A stretch of DNA of 64,000 nt from Nitrospiraceae bacterium (lineage in GTDB: Bacteria > Nitrospirota > Nitrospiria > Nitrospirales > Nitrospiraceae): positions 256,001 to 320,000 of the forward strand of contig JBFWWG010000003.1 in assembly GCA_050246315.1 (NCBI GenBank), written 5' to 3'. Below, piece after piece: positions 41,802 through 52,727 of the stretch (positions are counted from its first letter, which is position 1; each line of letters opens with the position of its first letter). Both the position numbers and the translations under genes were made by a program. The notes below the pieces were generated by a model. That model was given only the letters and a program-made list of their open reading frames with translations, was not told the origin of the DNA and ran no database searches.

Positions 41802-43391
41802 ATGAATCTCGCACAACCCCGTGCCCGCGCTCTCGCGGTGTTGGGAACGGCATCCGATGTTGGAAAGACCGCCGTCGCGGCAGGATTATGCCGTCTCCTG
41901 TCTCGCCAAGGCATCAGCGTCGCTCCGTTTAAGGCACAAAATATGGCGCTGAATTCGTTCGTGACGCCGGAGGGTGGGGAGATCGGACGGGCACAGGCGC
42001 TCCAGGCGCGAGCCTGTGGACTGGAACCGCATGTCGATATGAATCCGATTTTATTGAAGCCGGAATCCGACCGGCGCTCCCAAGTCATCATTCGAGGTCA
42101 GACGCTCCATTCACTGGAGGCACAGGCCTACTTCGACCGTCGAGACGACCTCTGGACGATCGTGCATGAAAGCTACGATCGGCTCGCCGAGAGCTACGAG
42201 GCGATCGTTATCGAAGGAGCCGGGAGCGCCGCGGAGGTGAACCTCCGCGAGCATGATTTGGTTAACTGGCGGATGGCCCACTGGGCCGACGCCCAAGTTT
42301 TCCTTGTGGCAGACATCGATCGCGGAGGCGTATTCGCGCAAGTCCTTGGCACGCTTGACCTGCTGACGCCGGACGAACGCCGTCGCGTGGTCGGTCTCCT
42401 CATCAACAAGTTTCGTGGAGACCCTCACCTGTTTTCCGATGGCGTAGAATACCTTGAATCCCGGACCGGGCTGCCCGTTTGGCTTATTCCGTTTCTCCGT
42501 GATGCCTATCTCGATCAGGAAGACAGTCTGGACTTGACGTCGACTCCGCAACGGACGTTTTCGGACTCCGCCGTCAATGTCGCCGTGGTCCTAGTCCCTC
42601 GCTTGAGTAACTTCACCGACTTCAATGCCCTCGCGCGCGAGGAAGATGTGCGGCTGCAATATGTCAGAACTCCCGAGGAGTTGGCCGCCGCCGACGTGGT
42701 CATCCTTCCAGGCACAAAAAATACCATTGCCGACCTCCAGTATCTGGCTAAGCGCGGGTTCGGACCCGTCTTGAAGACCTACGTGGACCGTGGAGGGGAG
42801 TTAATCGGCATTTGTGGCGGATACCAGATGATGAGTCGTGACATTCGTGATCCGGAGGGCCTCGAAGGCGGCGGCTCCTCCCAGGGCCTGAATTTCTTGA
42901 ATATCCGAGTCGAGTTGAGATCGCCGAAGATCTGCAGGCGCATCCGTGGACGAGTCTCAGCACTCGAAGGCCTGCGCGGCTGTGCAATCGAAGGGTACGA
43001 AATCCACATGGGACGGATCATCGGAGAGGCGAGGCCGCCCTGTTTTTCGCTCCACCGACCTGGGACTCAAGATGGGTCCGATGCCCTCGCTCCAGGCTCG
43101 GATGAGGACGAGGGGACATGGGCATTCGGAGGACGGGTATGGGGCACGAGTATCCATGGTCTGTTCGACCATCCATCGTTTCGTCGGGAATGGGTTAACC
43201 GTGCGAGGACCAGAAAGGGACTCCCGGCAGTGTCGCATCCTCCATACCCATCTCCATCCGCTGTTCTCGACAGCGCATTAGATCGATGGGCCGACCACCT
43301 TGAGCGCCACATGAACCTCGTGGCCATCATCAAAGACCTCGGGCGATCCGTCCAGAGCCGCACAGACCAGCCCAGGAAGGGGCAACGATGA
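41802..43391 (+). CDS. cobQ: cobyric acid synthase
   Basis: GTASDVGKT, PFKAQNMALNS, EGAGS, GICGGYQ, GYEIH, HGLF. Confidence 0.96.
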   Translation: MNLAQPRARALAVLGTASDVGKTAVAAGLCRLLSRQGISVAPFKAQNMALNSFVTPEGGEIGRAQALQARACGLEPHVDMNPILLKPESDRRSQVIIRGQTLHSLEAQAYFDRRDDLWTIVHESYDRLAESYEAIVIEGAGSAAEVNLREHDLVNWRMAHWADAQVFLVADIDRGGVFAQVLGTLDLLTPDERRRVVGLLINKFRGDPHLFSDGVEYLESRTGLPVWLIPFLRDAYLDQEDSLDLTSTPQRTFSDSAVNVAVVLVPRLSNFTDFNALAREEDVRLQYVRTPEELAAADVVILPGTKNTIADLQYLAKRGFGPVLKTYVDRGGELIGICGGYQMMSRDIRDPEGLEGGGSSQGLNFLNIRVELRSPKICRRIRGRVSALEGLRGCAIEGYEIHMGRIIGEARPPCFSLHRPGTQDGSDALAPGSDEDEGTWAFGGRVWGTSIHGLFDHPSFRREWVNRARTRKGLPAVSHPPYPSPSAVLDSALDRWADHLERHMNLVAIIKDLGRSVQSRTDQPRKGQR

Positions 43392-44005
43392 AGACGAAGA
43401 AGCAGGGCATGCGGATCACCAAAGTCTACACGCGCACCGGCGATAGAGGACAAACCAGACTGGCAGGAGGCCAACGGGTGTGGAAGGACAGCGCGAGGGT
43501 GGAAGCCTACGGGACAGTGGATGAGCTCAATTCGGTCATCGGGGTCGTCCGCGCCTGCACCCCTCTCAGTCAGGGGACTGATCCTGTATTGATAGTGGTG
43601 GACAGGGAGCTGGGATGGATTCAAAATAAATTGTTTGACCTCGGCGCGGTGCTGGCAACGGTGCCTGGGCAAACCTTCCCGAACATGCCCCGGATCTCTC
43701 AAGAGGATGTTGCCCGTCTGGAGCGACTCATCGACACCTGCCAGAAGGACTTGCCGCCGCTGAAAGAATTCGTGCTTCCAGGCGGCAGTCTCGTACCGAG
43801 TCTGCTCCATCTGGCTCGTACGATCTGCCGACGCGCCGAACGTCACGGTGTTCGTCTCTCCCGCAAAGAATCGGCCGAGAGCATGGCAATCACCTATCTC
43901 AATCGTCTGAGCGATGCCCTATTTGTCCTGGCCCGGTGGGTCACCCACTCCCGGGACGAATGCGAAGTCCTCTGGGATCGAAATCCGTCCTCCGGGACAC
44001 CGTAG
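43388..44005 (+). CDS. PduO-type ATP:cob(I)alamin adenosyltransferase
   Basis: KVYTRTGDRGQT, AYGTVDELNS, ARTICRRAER, YLNRLSD. Confidence 0.95.
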   Translation: MKTKKQGMRITKVYTRTGDRGQTRLAGGQRVWKDSARVEAYGTVDELNSVIGVVRACTPLSQGTDPVLIVVDRELGWIQNKLFDLGAVLATVPGQTFPNMPRISQEDVARLERLIDTCQKDLPPLKEFVLPGGSLVPSLLHLARTICRRAERHGVRLSRKESAESMAITYLNRLSDALFVLARWVTHSRDECEVLWDRNPSSGTP

Positions 44006-44433
44006 TTTCCCAGTCGAACCGTGGTCCGCTGTTTGCCTGGTCCCCTCGACTTCTGTCACCAGCACGAGGGGGTGCCAATCGCCGAGTCTTCCCTTCCAAT
44101 CACGCCCCTCATACACTCTCGCGGAACACCTTGAAGGGGATAAGGTGCAACTGAAGCGAGTGGTTCGGACGGAACTCCCCTGCGCGTCAGTTCAGCCCGG
44201 TCTTTGATCGCCTCTCCGCCATTTCCTCCGTCTCCGCCCAGATCTCATCTGATCGATGATCGGATCACCAAACGAACCTTTGCGCCATGATCCAATACTC
44301 GCATGTATTTGACAGATACGGATTATCTGATAATCAAGTCTAGGGACGTCGCTGTGCGTTGAACCCCATTACCACCGCTCCTTACCGCCTTGGCGCATGT
44401 CGTTGTCACCGTCGCTCTGTGAAGGAGGATGCC

Positions 44434-45168
44434 ATGATCACCCCCCGCTCAATGTTGTGTGCCTGTCTTATGGTCTGGGTCGCTGTCTTTGGGGCAGGCT
44501 CACAGTCGTGGGCAACTGACGAAGCCGAAACGAGCGAGTTGCTCATCAGGATGGTCAAGGCCGGGCGAGCGACCGTCTCCGAACACCAGGAACTCATCAA
44601 CAATGCCTCCAAGGGCAACAAGGGCTTTACCGGAGATTTCCTGGCGGAGCAGGTCATCATCCGATTCCGGAACCAAACCAAGATCGACCTGACGCGCCCC
44701 ACCAATCTACCGCAAGCCAATATCCTGTTGAGCCTCCTCGATGCCGAACGGGAGGTCGTTGACGAAGCACAGATCGTCCTGAACAAGCAGGGCGTCGGAT
44801 TCAAGGGTTTTGTTCCCGCTGTCTTTGCGCGTAAGACCGGGGAACGGTTCTATCGAAAGACCGGCATCCGCATCAAATTGACCGGTTTCGACTATCGCAA
44901 CCCGAATAATCGTCCGGATGAATTCGAGTCGGAGGTGCTTAAGTTGTTCTCCGACACCCGACATCCGAAAGGACAACCCTATGCCAAGGCGACGATGATG
45001 AACGGCAAGCCGGTTTACCGACTGATGGACCCGGAATACGCCGGCCCATCGTGTCTGTCCTGCCACGGGAATCCAAAAGGCGAGCGGGACATCACCGGTA
45101 TGCGCAAGGAAGGATGGAAGGAAGGAGAACTCGCAGGCGCACTGAGCATCGTCTATCCCATGAGATAG
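44434..45168 (+). CDS. periplasmic DUF3365/Tll0287-like c-type heme protein
   Basis: SD AAGGAGG; signal peptide; YRNPNNRPDEFE; CLSCH; GWKEGELAGALS. Confidence 0.85.
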   Translation: MITPRSMLCACLMVWVAVFGAGSQSWATDEAETSELLIRMVKAGRATVSEHQELINNASKGNKGFTGDFLAEQVIIRFRNQTKIDLTRPTNLPQANILLSLLDAEREVVDEAQIVLNKQGVGFKGFVPAVFARKTGERFYRKTGIRIKLTGFDYRNPNNRPDEFESEVLKLFSDTRHPKGQPYAKATMMNGKPVYRLMDPEYAGPSCLSCHGNPKGERDITGMRKEGWKEGELAGALSIVYPMR

Positions 45169-45237
45169 ACGAGCCCCCCGGCTGACATCCGCTGGGCACC
45201 TCATGCTCTAACCCCATGTTTCACGAAGGAGGCATTC

Positions 45238-45600
45238 ATGAGCAAGATCGTAGTCTGTGACGACTCCTATTCCGAATTACAAATCATTGAAGGGTATCTG
45301 AAGGCAGCGAATCACACCGTGGTTACGTATCCCAATTCGGATAAGCTGGAGGATAAGCTCGTAACGGAGAAACCGGATCTGGTGATCCTCGATGTGGTCA
45401 TGCCTGGCCGGAACGGCTTCCAGGCCTGCCGCGACTTGAAGAGCGACGACCGGTTCAAACACATTCCTGTCGTGCTCTGCACCTCCAAAGGGCAGGACAG
45501 CGATAAGTTTTGGGGCGAACAACAGGGCGCCAACGGGTATGTCGTGAAGCCCTTCAAAGCGGAAGAACTCCTGGCCGCCGTGAAACGGGCAATACATTGA
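45238..45600 (+). CDS. single-domain response regulator (PilH-like)
   Basis: CDD, LDVVMP, SDKFWG, KPF. Confidence 0.9.
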   Translation: MSKIVVCDDSYSELQIIEGYLKAANHTVVTYPNSDKLEDKLVTEKPDLVILDVVMPGRNGFQACRDLKSDDRFKHIPVVLCTSKGQDSDKFWGEQQGANGYVVKPFKAEELLAAVKRAIH

Positions 45601-45656
45601 CCGTTGACGACAGAGCCCGCCGCCCCGCGACAACACATGATCGGCCTTGACCAACC

Positions 45657-46139
45657 ATGATACAGCTAGCCGTCCCCGTTCTGTCTCCGACGACCGCCGC
45701 CGCGTCCACGCACACCTTCCGCGCCTGTCTCTTCGCAATCGCGGGTGAGTTGCTCGCTATCGATTTGCGATATGTGAGGGAGGTGTTTCCTATCGAGTCG
45801 GTAACTCCCGTCCCGAAGATGCCGTCTGTTCTAGTCGGTGTGGCGAACCTGCGGGGCACCGTCATGCCGCTGGTCGACATACGACCGGCGCTAGGACTGC
45901 TACCTCCTTCCATTCCCCAGAAACTGGCCGTGGTGATCAGGCATGGTCCTCAACAAGCCGGGCTCTTGATCGACCATGTGCCGGAGATTCGCACCGTGTC
46001 GGCAGACGCACTGCTCACGCCACCGGCACAACCCGACCGAATCGCACAGCCGTTCATTGCCGCGCTGCTCCCGATTGACGGCAAGATGGGTGGACTCATT
46101 GAAGTCCCCACGCTGCTCTCGATCATCGAGCGAGGTTAG
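45657..46139 (+). CDS. CheW (PilI-like)
   Basis: VTPVP...GVANLRGTVMPLVD. Confidence 0.9.
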   Translation: MIQLAVPVLSPTTAAASTHTFRACLFAIAGELLAIDLRYVREVFPIESVTPVPKMPSVLVGVANLRGTVMPLVDIRPALGLLPPSIPQKLAVVIRHGPQQAGLLIDHVPEIRTVSADALLTPPAQPDRIAQPFIAALLPIDGKMGGLIEVPTLLSIIERG

Positions 46140-46238
46140 GTCGTTACCTATGCCCATGGGCATCACATTCATCCCCTCCGTTGAGCTCCAAAACCAAGTT
46201 TTTCAATACAAGCCGTGTCGTCGCAAGAGGAGGCAGTC

Positions 46239-48125
46239 ATGAAAAGGAGCAAGGGCGTCGGTCTGGACTCCATGAGCTGGTTTCGCGACCTGCGCACGGA
46301 AGCGAAACTGATCGTGGGATTCGGCTTGGTCAGTTTCATCATCTTGTTCGTCGCGGGGTTGGGATTCTTCAAACTCCGCCAATTGGCCGGTCAATCACAG
46401 GTGACCTATGTCGATTACGTCGTACCGCTCGCGGACTTCTCGGAAATGGGAACCTCGCTGACCGACCACCATCAGATTCTGCTTCAGATGGCTTCGGCAG
46501 CACGCAAAAGCGATGTGGAAGCGGACGCGACTAAACTCGCGAAACATGAAGACATCGTGATGAGGGTGCTACACGAATACGAATCGACGACCTTGCGCGT
46601 TTCGCGCTCCGGACGGGATGAGGCGGCCAATCTCGCGCAGCTCAAGCCAGCTCTCACACGCTACTTCACGGAGGCCAAAAACTCTACACAGGCCTATGTG
46701 GATAGTTTCGATCGGACCCTCTCGTCCGAACAGACTCAACAGCTGCGTGACCTCGGTATCTTAGCGTTGACCGTGAACCTGACGCCCATCTTCGATCAGG
46801 CAGTCCTTCGCCACAGCGAGCAGGTCACGACCATGAAGGACATCGCCAAGGACCTCAACGAGGAGGCCAACGCTATCGCCAAGAATGGGGAACAGTTGCT
46901 CCTCATCGGTGGTGCGCTGGCCGTCGCCCTCGGCTTGTGGTTCGGCTACCGCTTGGCTCGCTTCTTTTCCCGGAACGTGATTCACATCGCGGAGGTCGCC
47001 ACTCAGGCCGCCGGCGGAAACTTCCAGGCGCGGGCCAAGGTCGAGAGTCACGACGAGTTCGGTCAGATGGCAAAGGCCTTTAACGCCATGTTGGACCGGT
47101 TGACTACTCTGCTGCAAACGGAAGAAGAGCGCGACACCATGCAAAAACGGCTCATGGCCTTCCTTGTCATGGTCTCCGAAATCGGGAAAGGCGACCTGAC
47201 CAAACGAGGCGAAGTCACGGCCGACATGTTCGGGAACCTCGCCGACGGGTTGAATTTGATGCTGGCTCGGTTCGGCAAATTGCTCGGCCAGGTGCGGGAA
47301 GCGGCCGAACGAGTCAATCGCTCCGCCGGGTCTTTACGCGATACGGCCTCCCAAATGTCCGGAACCGCCAAGCACCAAGCCGAGGAGTCCGTGCGCACCC
47401 TGGGCGCGGTGGAGATGCTGACATCCTCAATGCGCCAGGTGGCGGATACGGCGTCTGCCTCCTCGGAGAGCGCCAAACAGGTGTTGTCCGCCACCGAGAA
47501 AGGTCGGCAAGCCGTACAGGAAACAGTACAAGATATGCAAAACATCCGCGCCGCCGTGCAGCGAATGTCCAAGCAAGTTAAGGCGCTAGGGGACCGCTCA
47601 TTGGAGATTTCGCAGATCGTGTCCACCATTCGAGACATCGCGTCACAGACGAACCTGCTCGCCTTGAATGCCGCGATCGAGGCGGCCGGTGCGGGCGAAG
47701 CGGGCGCCCGTTTTGCGGTCGTCGCCGACCAGGTCCGCAAGCTGGCAGAAAGCTCCACACAAGCCACACGTGAAATCACGGAGTTAGTCAAGGGCATCCA
47801 GTCTGAAACGCAGGACGCCGTGGTGTCCATGGAACACGAAACCCAGGCTGTGGAAGCCGGCTCGCAATCAGCGTTGAAAACGGGTGAGGTGTTCTCGGAA
47901 ATTTCGGACATCGCCAAGCGATCGGCCGAGTTGGCCGTTGCGATCGCGACATCCGCCACCGAGCAGACCAGTTCCACCGAACGCGTGGGGCGTTCGCTCA
48001 AAGACTTCACGGGCGGCGCCGTGGCAACGCAAAAAGCGACGGATACGACCCGGCAAACCATCGAAGAAATGGCCAAACTCGCTGAAGGTCTGACTGCGCA
48101 AGTCAGCCAGTTCAAGCTCGCGTAG
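46239..48125 (+). CDS. methyl-accepting chemotaxis protein (PilJ-like)
   Basis: 2 TM, four-helix-bundle-like sensor, [24 protein letters not shown]. Confidence 0.95.
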   Translation: MKRSKGVGLDSMSWFRDLRTEAKLIVGFGLVSFIILFVAGLGFFKLRQLAGQSQVTYVDYVVPLADFSEMGTSLTDHHQILLQMASAARKSDVEADATKLAKHEDIVMRVLHEYESTTLRVSRSGRDEAANLAQLKPALTRYFTEAKNSTQAYVDSFDRTLSSEQTQQLRDLGILALTVNLTPIFDQAVLRHSEQVTTMKDIAKDLNEEANAIAKNGEQLLLIGGALAVALGLWFGYRLARFFSRNVIHIAEVATQAAGGNFQARAKVESHDEFGQMAKAFNAMLDRLTTLLQTEEERDTMQKRLMAFLVMVSEIGKGDLTKRGEVTADMFGNLADGLNLMLARFGKLLGQVREAAERVNRSAGSLRDTASQMSGTAKHQAEESVRTLGAVEMLTSSMRQVADTASASSESAKQVLSATEKGRQAVQETVQDMQNIRAAVQRMSKQVKALGDRSLEISQIVSTIRDIASQTNLLALNAAIEAAGAGEAGARFAVVADQVRKLAESSTQATREITELVKGIQSETQDAVVSMEHETQAVEAGSQSALKTGEVFSEISDIAKRSAELAVAIATSATEQTSSTERVGRSLKDFTGGAVATQKATDTTRQTIEEMAKLAEGLTAQVSQFKLA

Positions 48126-48176
48126 CAGGACTGGCGTGAGCCGGTATTCGACCACGAATCAGGAGACTGTGCTCTT

Positions 48177-51100
48177 ATGAGCAGCGAGTTCGATAAGAAT
48201 CAACTCGTCGACATCTTTGTCGCTGAATCCAGCGATGCCGTGTCCAGCATGCAGGCAGCGCTGAATCCAGCCGATCAGTCCCTGCCAAGCCCCCAGGCGG
48301 CCCACGAACAGAAGACCCTGGCTCACCGGACAAAAGGGGCGGCGCTGCTCTATGAGTTTCCCACGCTCGGCAAGCTCTGCGACATGCTGGAGCATATCCT
48401 CGAACGGACCACCGATTTCTCAAGTTCGGACTGGCCGCGTATTGTGAGAACGCTCCGTGCGCTGGTGGACGCGGCACATGTGCAGATCAACAGTATCGCC
48501 CATAGCCACCAGGAATTGCCTGATTCGTTGACGGCAATCGAGACCGAGTATGCCGAGGTCTTGATGCTGCTAAAGGCGACGGAGCAGCCCTCTCAGGCCG
48601 ACCCCCTTGATGCATCGTACCTCATGCCGACCATAGACAACGAAGTCATGTCCTACTTCCTTCCGGAGATGGAAGAGCACTTGGCTCGAATTCAGAGTCA
48701 TTTGGAGCATCTCTCCGCCAACCCTGACGACCCGGATCGTGTCCATCAGTTGTTCCGCTCCATCCACACGGTCAAAGGGTCTTCCCATACCGTCGGGTTT
48801 ACGGTCATCGGCGATGTCGTCCTTCCCATCGAGGAGCGGTTGGGCAAAACCCGGGATGATCGCAGCGCCATTTCTGCACACTTGCTGGAGTTGACGGCGG
48901 AGACCGTGCGCGTGGTTCGGCAACTGCTTGCCAGGGAGCCTCTCCAGCTTGATTCGCTCCAATGCTCCGTGCCGGCCCTCATGTCGAGGCTCCAGGCACC
49001 GGGACCGGCCAGCATGCTAGAGTCCGGCCTCACGCGGCAGACCGAATCTCAAACATCCATGACGTCATGCGGTACTGTCGTTACTGCTCAGAACGCCGCC
49101 TCTGTTGTCGAATCGACTCATCACCCTGAGGAACTGACCCTCGGGTATTTGTTTCCCAGACTCGACCCGGAGGTGCTCTCCTATTTTGTCCCTGAGGCTC
49201 AGGAACATCTCGATACACTTGAGGCCCTGCTGCTGAAACTGGAGAAGACACCAGACAACAGGGAATTGATCCATCAGTTGTTCCGAAGCGCCCACACGCT
49301 CAAAGGCTCCGCCCTGACAGTGGGCTTCACCTCCATCGGCGACCTTGTCCATTATGTGGAAGACCTCATGGGCGCGTTACGGGAGGGGCGAGGGAGGCTC
49401 CTTGCCGGGATAACAGACCTCATTTTGCGATCCATCGACGTCGTCCGCCTTCTCATGCGTCGCGACCCTTCAGCTTTGCCACAGGTCCGCGAACGGTTCC
49501 GCACCGTCGCCAAGGAACTCCAAGGCGTCGCTACGTCCGGCTCCGCTTCGGGAACAGTGGCGTCGGCGCAGGCGACATCGCCGGCTGAGCAAACCGCACC
49601 GCTCACGCCAGATGGGCGGGAGGTGCCGCAGTCTGAGGAGGCCACTGGATCACAGGGACACGACGTCATCCGTGTCAATCGGGAACGATTGGAGCGTTTA
49701 CTGAACTTGGTGGGCGAGCTGGTGATTGGAAGAGGACGCCTTGAACAGCGGTTGCTCGTCTTAGAGCATCTGTCAAACCAGGTCCAATCCTTCAAAGGCA
49801 AGATGTTAGACACGGTCAGGAGTTTCGAGGAAAAGCATTCGTTCACCCTTCCAGCCACAACCCCCTCCGCCGATGCTCCGTCAAGCGCGGCTCACGTTCC
49901 AGGTTTGCAGGACTTTGGCGCATTGGAGTTCGATAAGTATGACGACTTCAATATCCTTGCGCGGCGCATTTCGGAAGTGACCGCCGATGTCACGGAAGCA
50001 ATGGCGCAACTCTCCGGGTCCATCCGTCACGCGCGCGAGGACATGAGCCAACTCCAACACCTCACGCTCGGTATGAGAGACGAAATCGCCCGGGCCCGAA
50101 TGGTAGCCATCGGAACCCCGTTCACACGCTTCCGCCGAGCCGTTCGAGAGATGGCTCGTGCCACCGGAAAGGAGGTGACCTTGGTCACGTCCGGCGAGCA
50201 TACTGAGGTGGACACCGGGATCGTCGAACGTTTGGTCGAGCCGCTCGTCCACCTGGTTCGCAACGCGGTGTATCATGGCATCGAGCCGACCGGCGTCCGG
50301 GTCACGCAATGTAAGCCTGCTGTCGGGACCGTCTACTTGCATGCTGCCCATCGAGGCAACGCCGTGATCATCGAAGTTGAGGACGACGGAGCGGGGATTG
50401 ATACGGAGAAGGTCAAAGCGAAAGCCGTCGCCAAAGGACTCGTCTCCGCGTCGTTGGCGAAAACCATGCCCGAATCGGAGGCCATGAAGCTGATTTTTGT
50501 GCCCGGTTTCTCAACGGCTGACGAGGTGGGAGACCAAGCCGGACGTGGCGTCGGACTGGATGCCGTCAAGAAGGTGATCGAAAGCATGAACGGATTCGTC
50601 GATATCGAAACGGCAAGGGGAGTCGGCACGAAATTCACATTGAGTCTTCCGCTGACACTCCTGATCGCCACCGCATTGATCGTGCGCGCCGGCGCTCAAC
50701 GCTATGCCATCCCGTTGCCGAGTGTCCGCGAGGTCACAATTCCCACACGAGACTCGTTGCAACGAGTTGCATCGGACTTGGTTCTGCAGGTCGGGAGAGA
50801 GGCCATTCCCGTGCGATCGCTCACGCATGCCCTGAGCGGAGTCTCCACCGAGGTTCCGGAGCTGTCGCCCATTGTCATCGTCCGGGCGCCCAACGGCTCG
50901 TTGGGCCTCGCCGTTGATGAATTGTTGGGCCGCCAGGAAATCGTCGTCAAGTCGCTCGGCTCCCTCAAAGTGCTCGAACGATCCGCCTTCGGTGGTGCCT
51001 CGATCGATCCAGAAGGACGCGTGATCTTGGTCGTGGACATCACCAAAATTGGGCAAACGGACCGAGCCACCGCGCTTGCAACGGTGGACCCAGCCGAACC

Positions 51101-51545
51101 GCTCCACCTAAGCGACCAGCCCTCGTCATCCGGCGCAACCGTCCAGGATGAGCCCTCTACCGGCCCATCCATTCTCTTGATCGACGATTCGCTCAGCATC
51201 CGAAAGTTCGTCGCACGGATGCTGGAAAGCGCCGGCTATGCGGTCGAGACTGCGGTAGACGGGGAGGACGGTCTTCGCAAGGCCGCCGCCAATCGTTATC
51301 GCCTCGTCATCACCGATCTGGAGATGCCCAAACTCAACGGATACGAAGTAATTCAAGCGCTGAGGAGTCGGGCTCAAACCCAGACGCTCCCCATCGTGGT
51401 GATGACCACGAGAGCCGGAGACAAACATCGCCAACTGGCATTGAACATCGGAGCCAGCGGGTACATCGCCAAGCCAGTCGAAGAGCGGGCGCTGATTGCT
51501 GAGGTCGAACGCTGGGTGCAACTGCCTAGCTCGACACGGACGTAA
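48177..51545 (+). CDS. hybrid CheA (ChpA-like) with three Hpt domains and C-terminal receiver
   Basis: AHRTKGA, IHTVKGS, AHTLKGS; HLVRNAVYHGIE, DDGAG, GRGVGLD; CheW domain; TDLEMP. Confidence 0.95.
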   Translation: MSSEFDKNQLVDIFVAESSDAVSSMQAALNPADQSLPSPQAAHEQKTLAHRTKGAALLYEFPTLGKLCDMLEHILERTTDFSSSDWPRIVRTLRALVDAAHVQINSIAHSHQELPDSLTAIETEYAEVLMLLKATEQPSQADPLDASYLMPTIDNEVMSYFLPEMEEHLARIQSHLEHLSANPDDPDRVHQLFRSIHTVKGSSHTVGFTVIGDVVLPIEERLGKTRDDRSAISAHLLELTAETVRVVRQLLAREPLQLDSLQCSVPALMSRLQAPGPASMLESGLTRQTESQTSMTSCGTVVTAQNAASVVESTHHPEELTLGYLFPRLDPEVLSYFVPEAQEHLDTLEALLLKLEKTPDNRELIHQLFRSAHTLKGSALTVGFTSIGDLVHYVEDLMGALREGRGRLLAGITDLILRSIDVVRLLMRRDPSALPQVRERFRTVAKELQGVATSGSASGTVASAQATSPAEQTAPLTPDGREVPQSEEATGSQGHDVIRVNRERLERLLNLVGELVIGRGRLEQRLLVLEHLSNQVQSFKGKMLDTVRSFEEKHSFTLPATTPSADAPSSAAHVPGLQDFGALEFDKYDDFNILARRISEVTADVTEAMAQLSGSIRHAREDMSQLQHLTLGMRDEIARARMVAIGTPFTRFRRAVREMARATGKEVTLVTSGEHTEVDTGIVERLVEPLVHLVRNAVYHGIEPTGVRVTQCKPAVGTVYLHAAHRGNAVIIEVEDDGAGIDTEKVKAKAVAKGLVSASLAKTMPESEAMKLIFVPGFSTADEVGDQAGRGVGLDAVKKVIESMNGFVDIETARGVGTKFTLSLPLTLLIATALIVRAGAQRYAIPLPSVREVTIPTRDSLQRVASDLVLQVGREAIPVRSLTHALSGVSTEVPELSPIVIVRAPNGSLGLAVDELLGRQEIVVKSLGSLKVLERSAFGGASIDPEGRVILVVDITKIGQTDRATALATVDPAEPLHLSDQPSSSGATVQDEPSTGPSILLIDDSLSIRKFVARMLESAGYAVETAVDGEDGLRKAAANRYRLVITDLEMPKLNGYEVIQALRSRAQTQTLPIVVMTTRAGDKHRQLALNIGASGYIAKPVEERALIAEVERWVQLPSSTRT

Positions 51546-51578
51546 GGGAGACGGGCGCCCGTCGCGCTCGCAAACGAC

Positions 51579-52055
51579 ATGGCGTTTCGTCAACGTGTGG
51601 TCGCCGCCACGGTCGATTCCCAAAACGCACGCTTCCTGCTCGTTCGTCTTCACCGCACGTATCTGGCTATTTGGGCGGAATGCGTGCGCGGGGTCTTCAC
51701 CGAGCGGGAGTTTGACGCGAGACTGGAGATCGTATTGCTCGGAGAGCGATACACACCAATGAATCTGGCCGCGCGATTCCGGTTGCCGGACCCTGGTCGA
51801 ACCTCGGATACTCGCACGGTGCTGTACAGTCGGGATCGATGGGGTTGCGCCAGCTCCGTGGATCAGGTCATCGGATTGATCGATATTCGTCGCGAACACA
51901 TTCTGCCACTACCGCGAGTGTTCAGCGGCGAAGAACGAGTCTGGTTCCGGGGACTGTTTCTGTTCCAGGATTCGGTCGCTCTCCTGGTTAACCCGGATTG
52001 GCTCGTTCAAGAGGATCAATCCGGCCGGCGATTGGTCAATGCGATCGGCTCCTAA
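51579..52055 (+). CDS. divergent CheW-like protein
   Basis: SVDQVIGL..ILPLP..FRGLF..LLVNPD; operon context. Confidence 0.7.
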   Translation: MAFRQRVVAATVDSQNARFLLVRLHRTYLAIWAECVRGVFTEREFDARLEIVLLGERYTPMNLAARFRLPDPGRTSDTRTVLYSRDRWGCASSVDQVIGLIDIRREHILPLPRVFSGEERVWFRGLFLFQDSVALLVNPDWLVQEDQSGRRLVNAIGS

Positions 52056-52235
52056 GACGCCACACGTTGGACCCATTGCATGGCGAAAGGCAACGGCTCG
52101 CATGACGGTGGCAGTAGGAGCGGACGTGAATAATGTGTGCTAGAGGCACGGTCTCCTTCGGCAGTATGAACCGGACGGTGAATGCTCGGGCGCTCCTCCG
52201 CCGACTCTCTTCACGATCTATGAGATGGACCCGAT

Positions 52236-52691
52236 ATGCTCAGACACGTCAATCAGGCGAGTAGACCAGCCTCGGTAGCCCCCACCTTCCAACTCCTGGT
52301 ATTCCGTATCGGGGGGCAAACCTTTGGCGCGCGAGCGGAGGAGGTCAACGGGGTTCAGGCCTGGCCGGCGACCATGCCGGTCCCCAGCTCCACGCGGTTC
52401 ATTACCGCCGTGGCCCGCCAGCACGACGATGTCTTGCCCGTGTACGACCTGGCCGCGCAGCTTTCCCTCTCAATTCGGGATTCGGCTCCACTGGCCTTGT
52501 TGGTAAAGCATGCGCAGGGACCGCTGATCGTCCGGATTGATTCTGAAATTCCTTCGCTGGAAACGGTCGGGACTGATATGATTCGACCTGCGTCCGGCCT
52601 CTATCCCGGGGTATGGCAGGTCTGTCAGGTAGCTCATCTTGAGGTGCCGATGCTGTCACTCAGGACACTTGGTACAACACAGGGAGTGTGA
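52236..52691 (+). CDS. divergent CheW-like protein
   Basis: LLVFRIGGQTFG..EEV..PVP..VLPVYDL. Confidence 0.75.
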   Translation: MLRHVNQASRPASVAPTFQLLVFRIGGQTFGARAEEVNGVQAWPATMPVPSSTRFITAVARQHDDVLPVYDLAAQLSLSIRDSAPLALLVKHAQGPLIVRIDSEIPSLETVGTDMIRPASGLYPGVWQVCQVAHLEVPMLSLRTLGTTQGV

Positions 52692-52727
52692 CCGCATGAG
52701 CGTCTGCTCTAGACCAGGGAGAGCCCT

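Noticed and set aside
40650..44005. Functional link between the B12 salvage genes and the GlmL operon
   Set aside because: They are 14 kb apart with unrelated genes between; proximity alone is not evidence.
47063..48115. Long antisense ORFs (also 23010-24149, 20157-21122, 16362-17285, 8597-9391)
   Set aside because: Shadow ORFs opposite well-supported genes, as expected in high-GC coding DNA.
52056..52235. Possible c-di-GMP riboswitch within the chemosensory operon
   Set aside because: A GAAA-containing hairpin-like stretch exists, but the GEMM consensus elements are absent.
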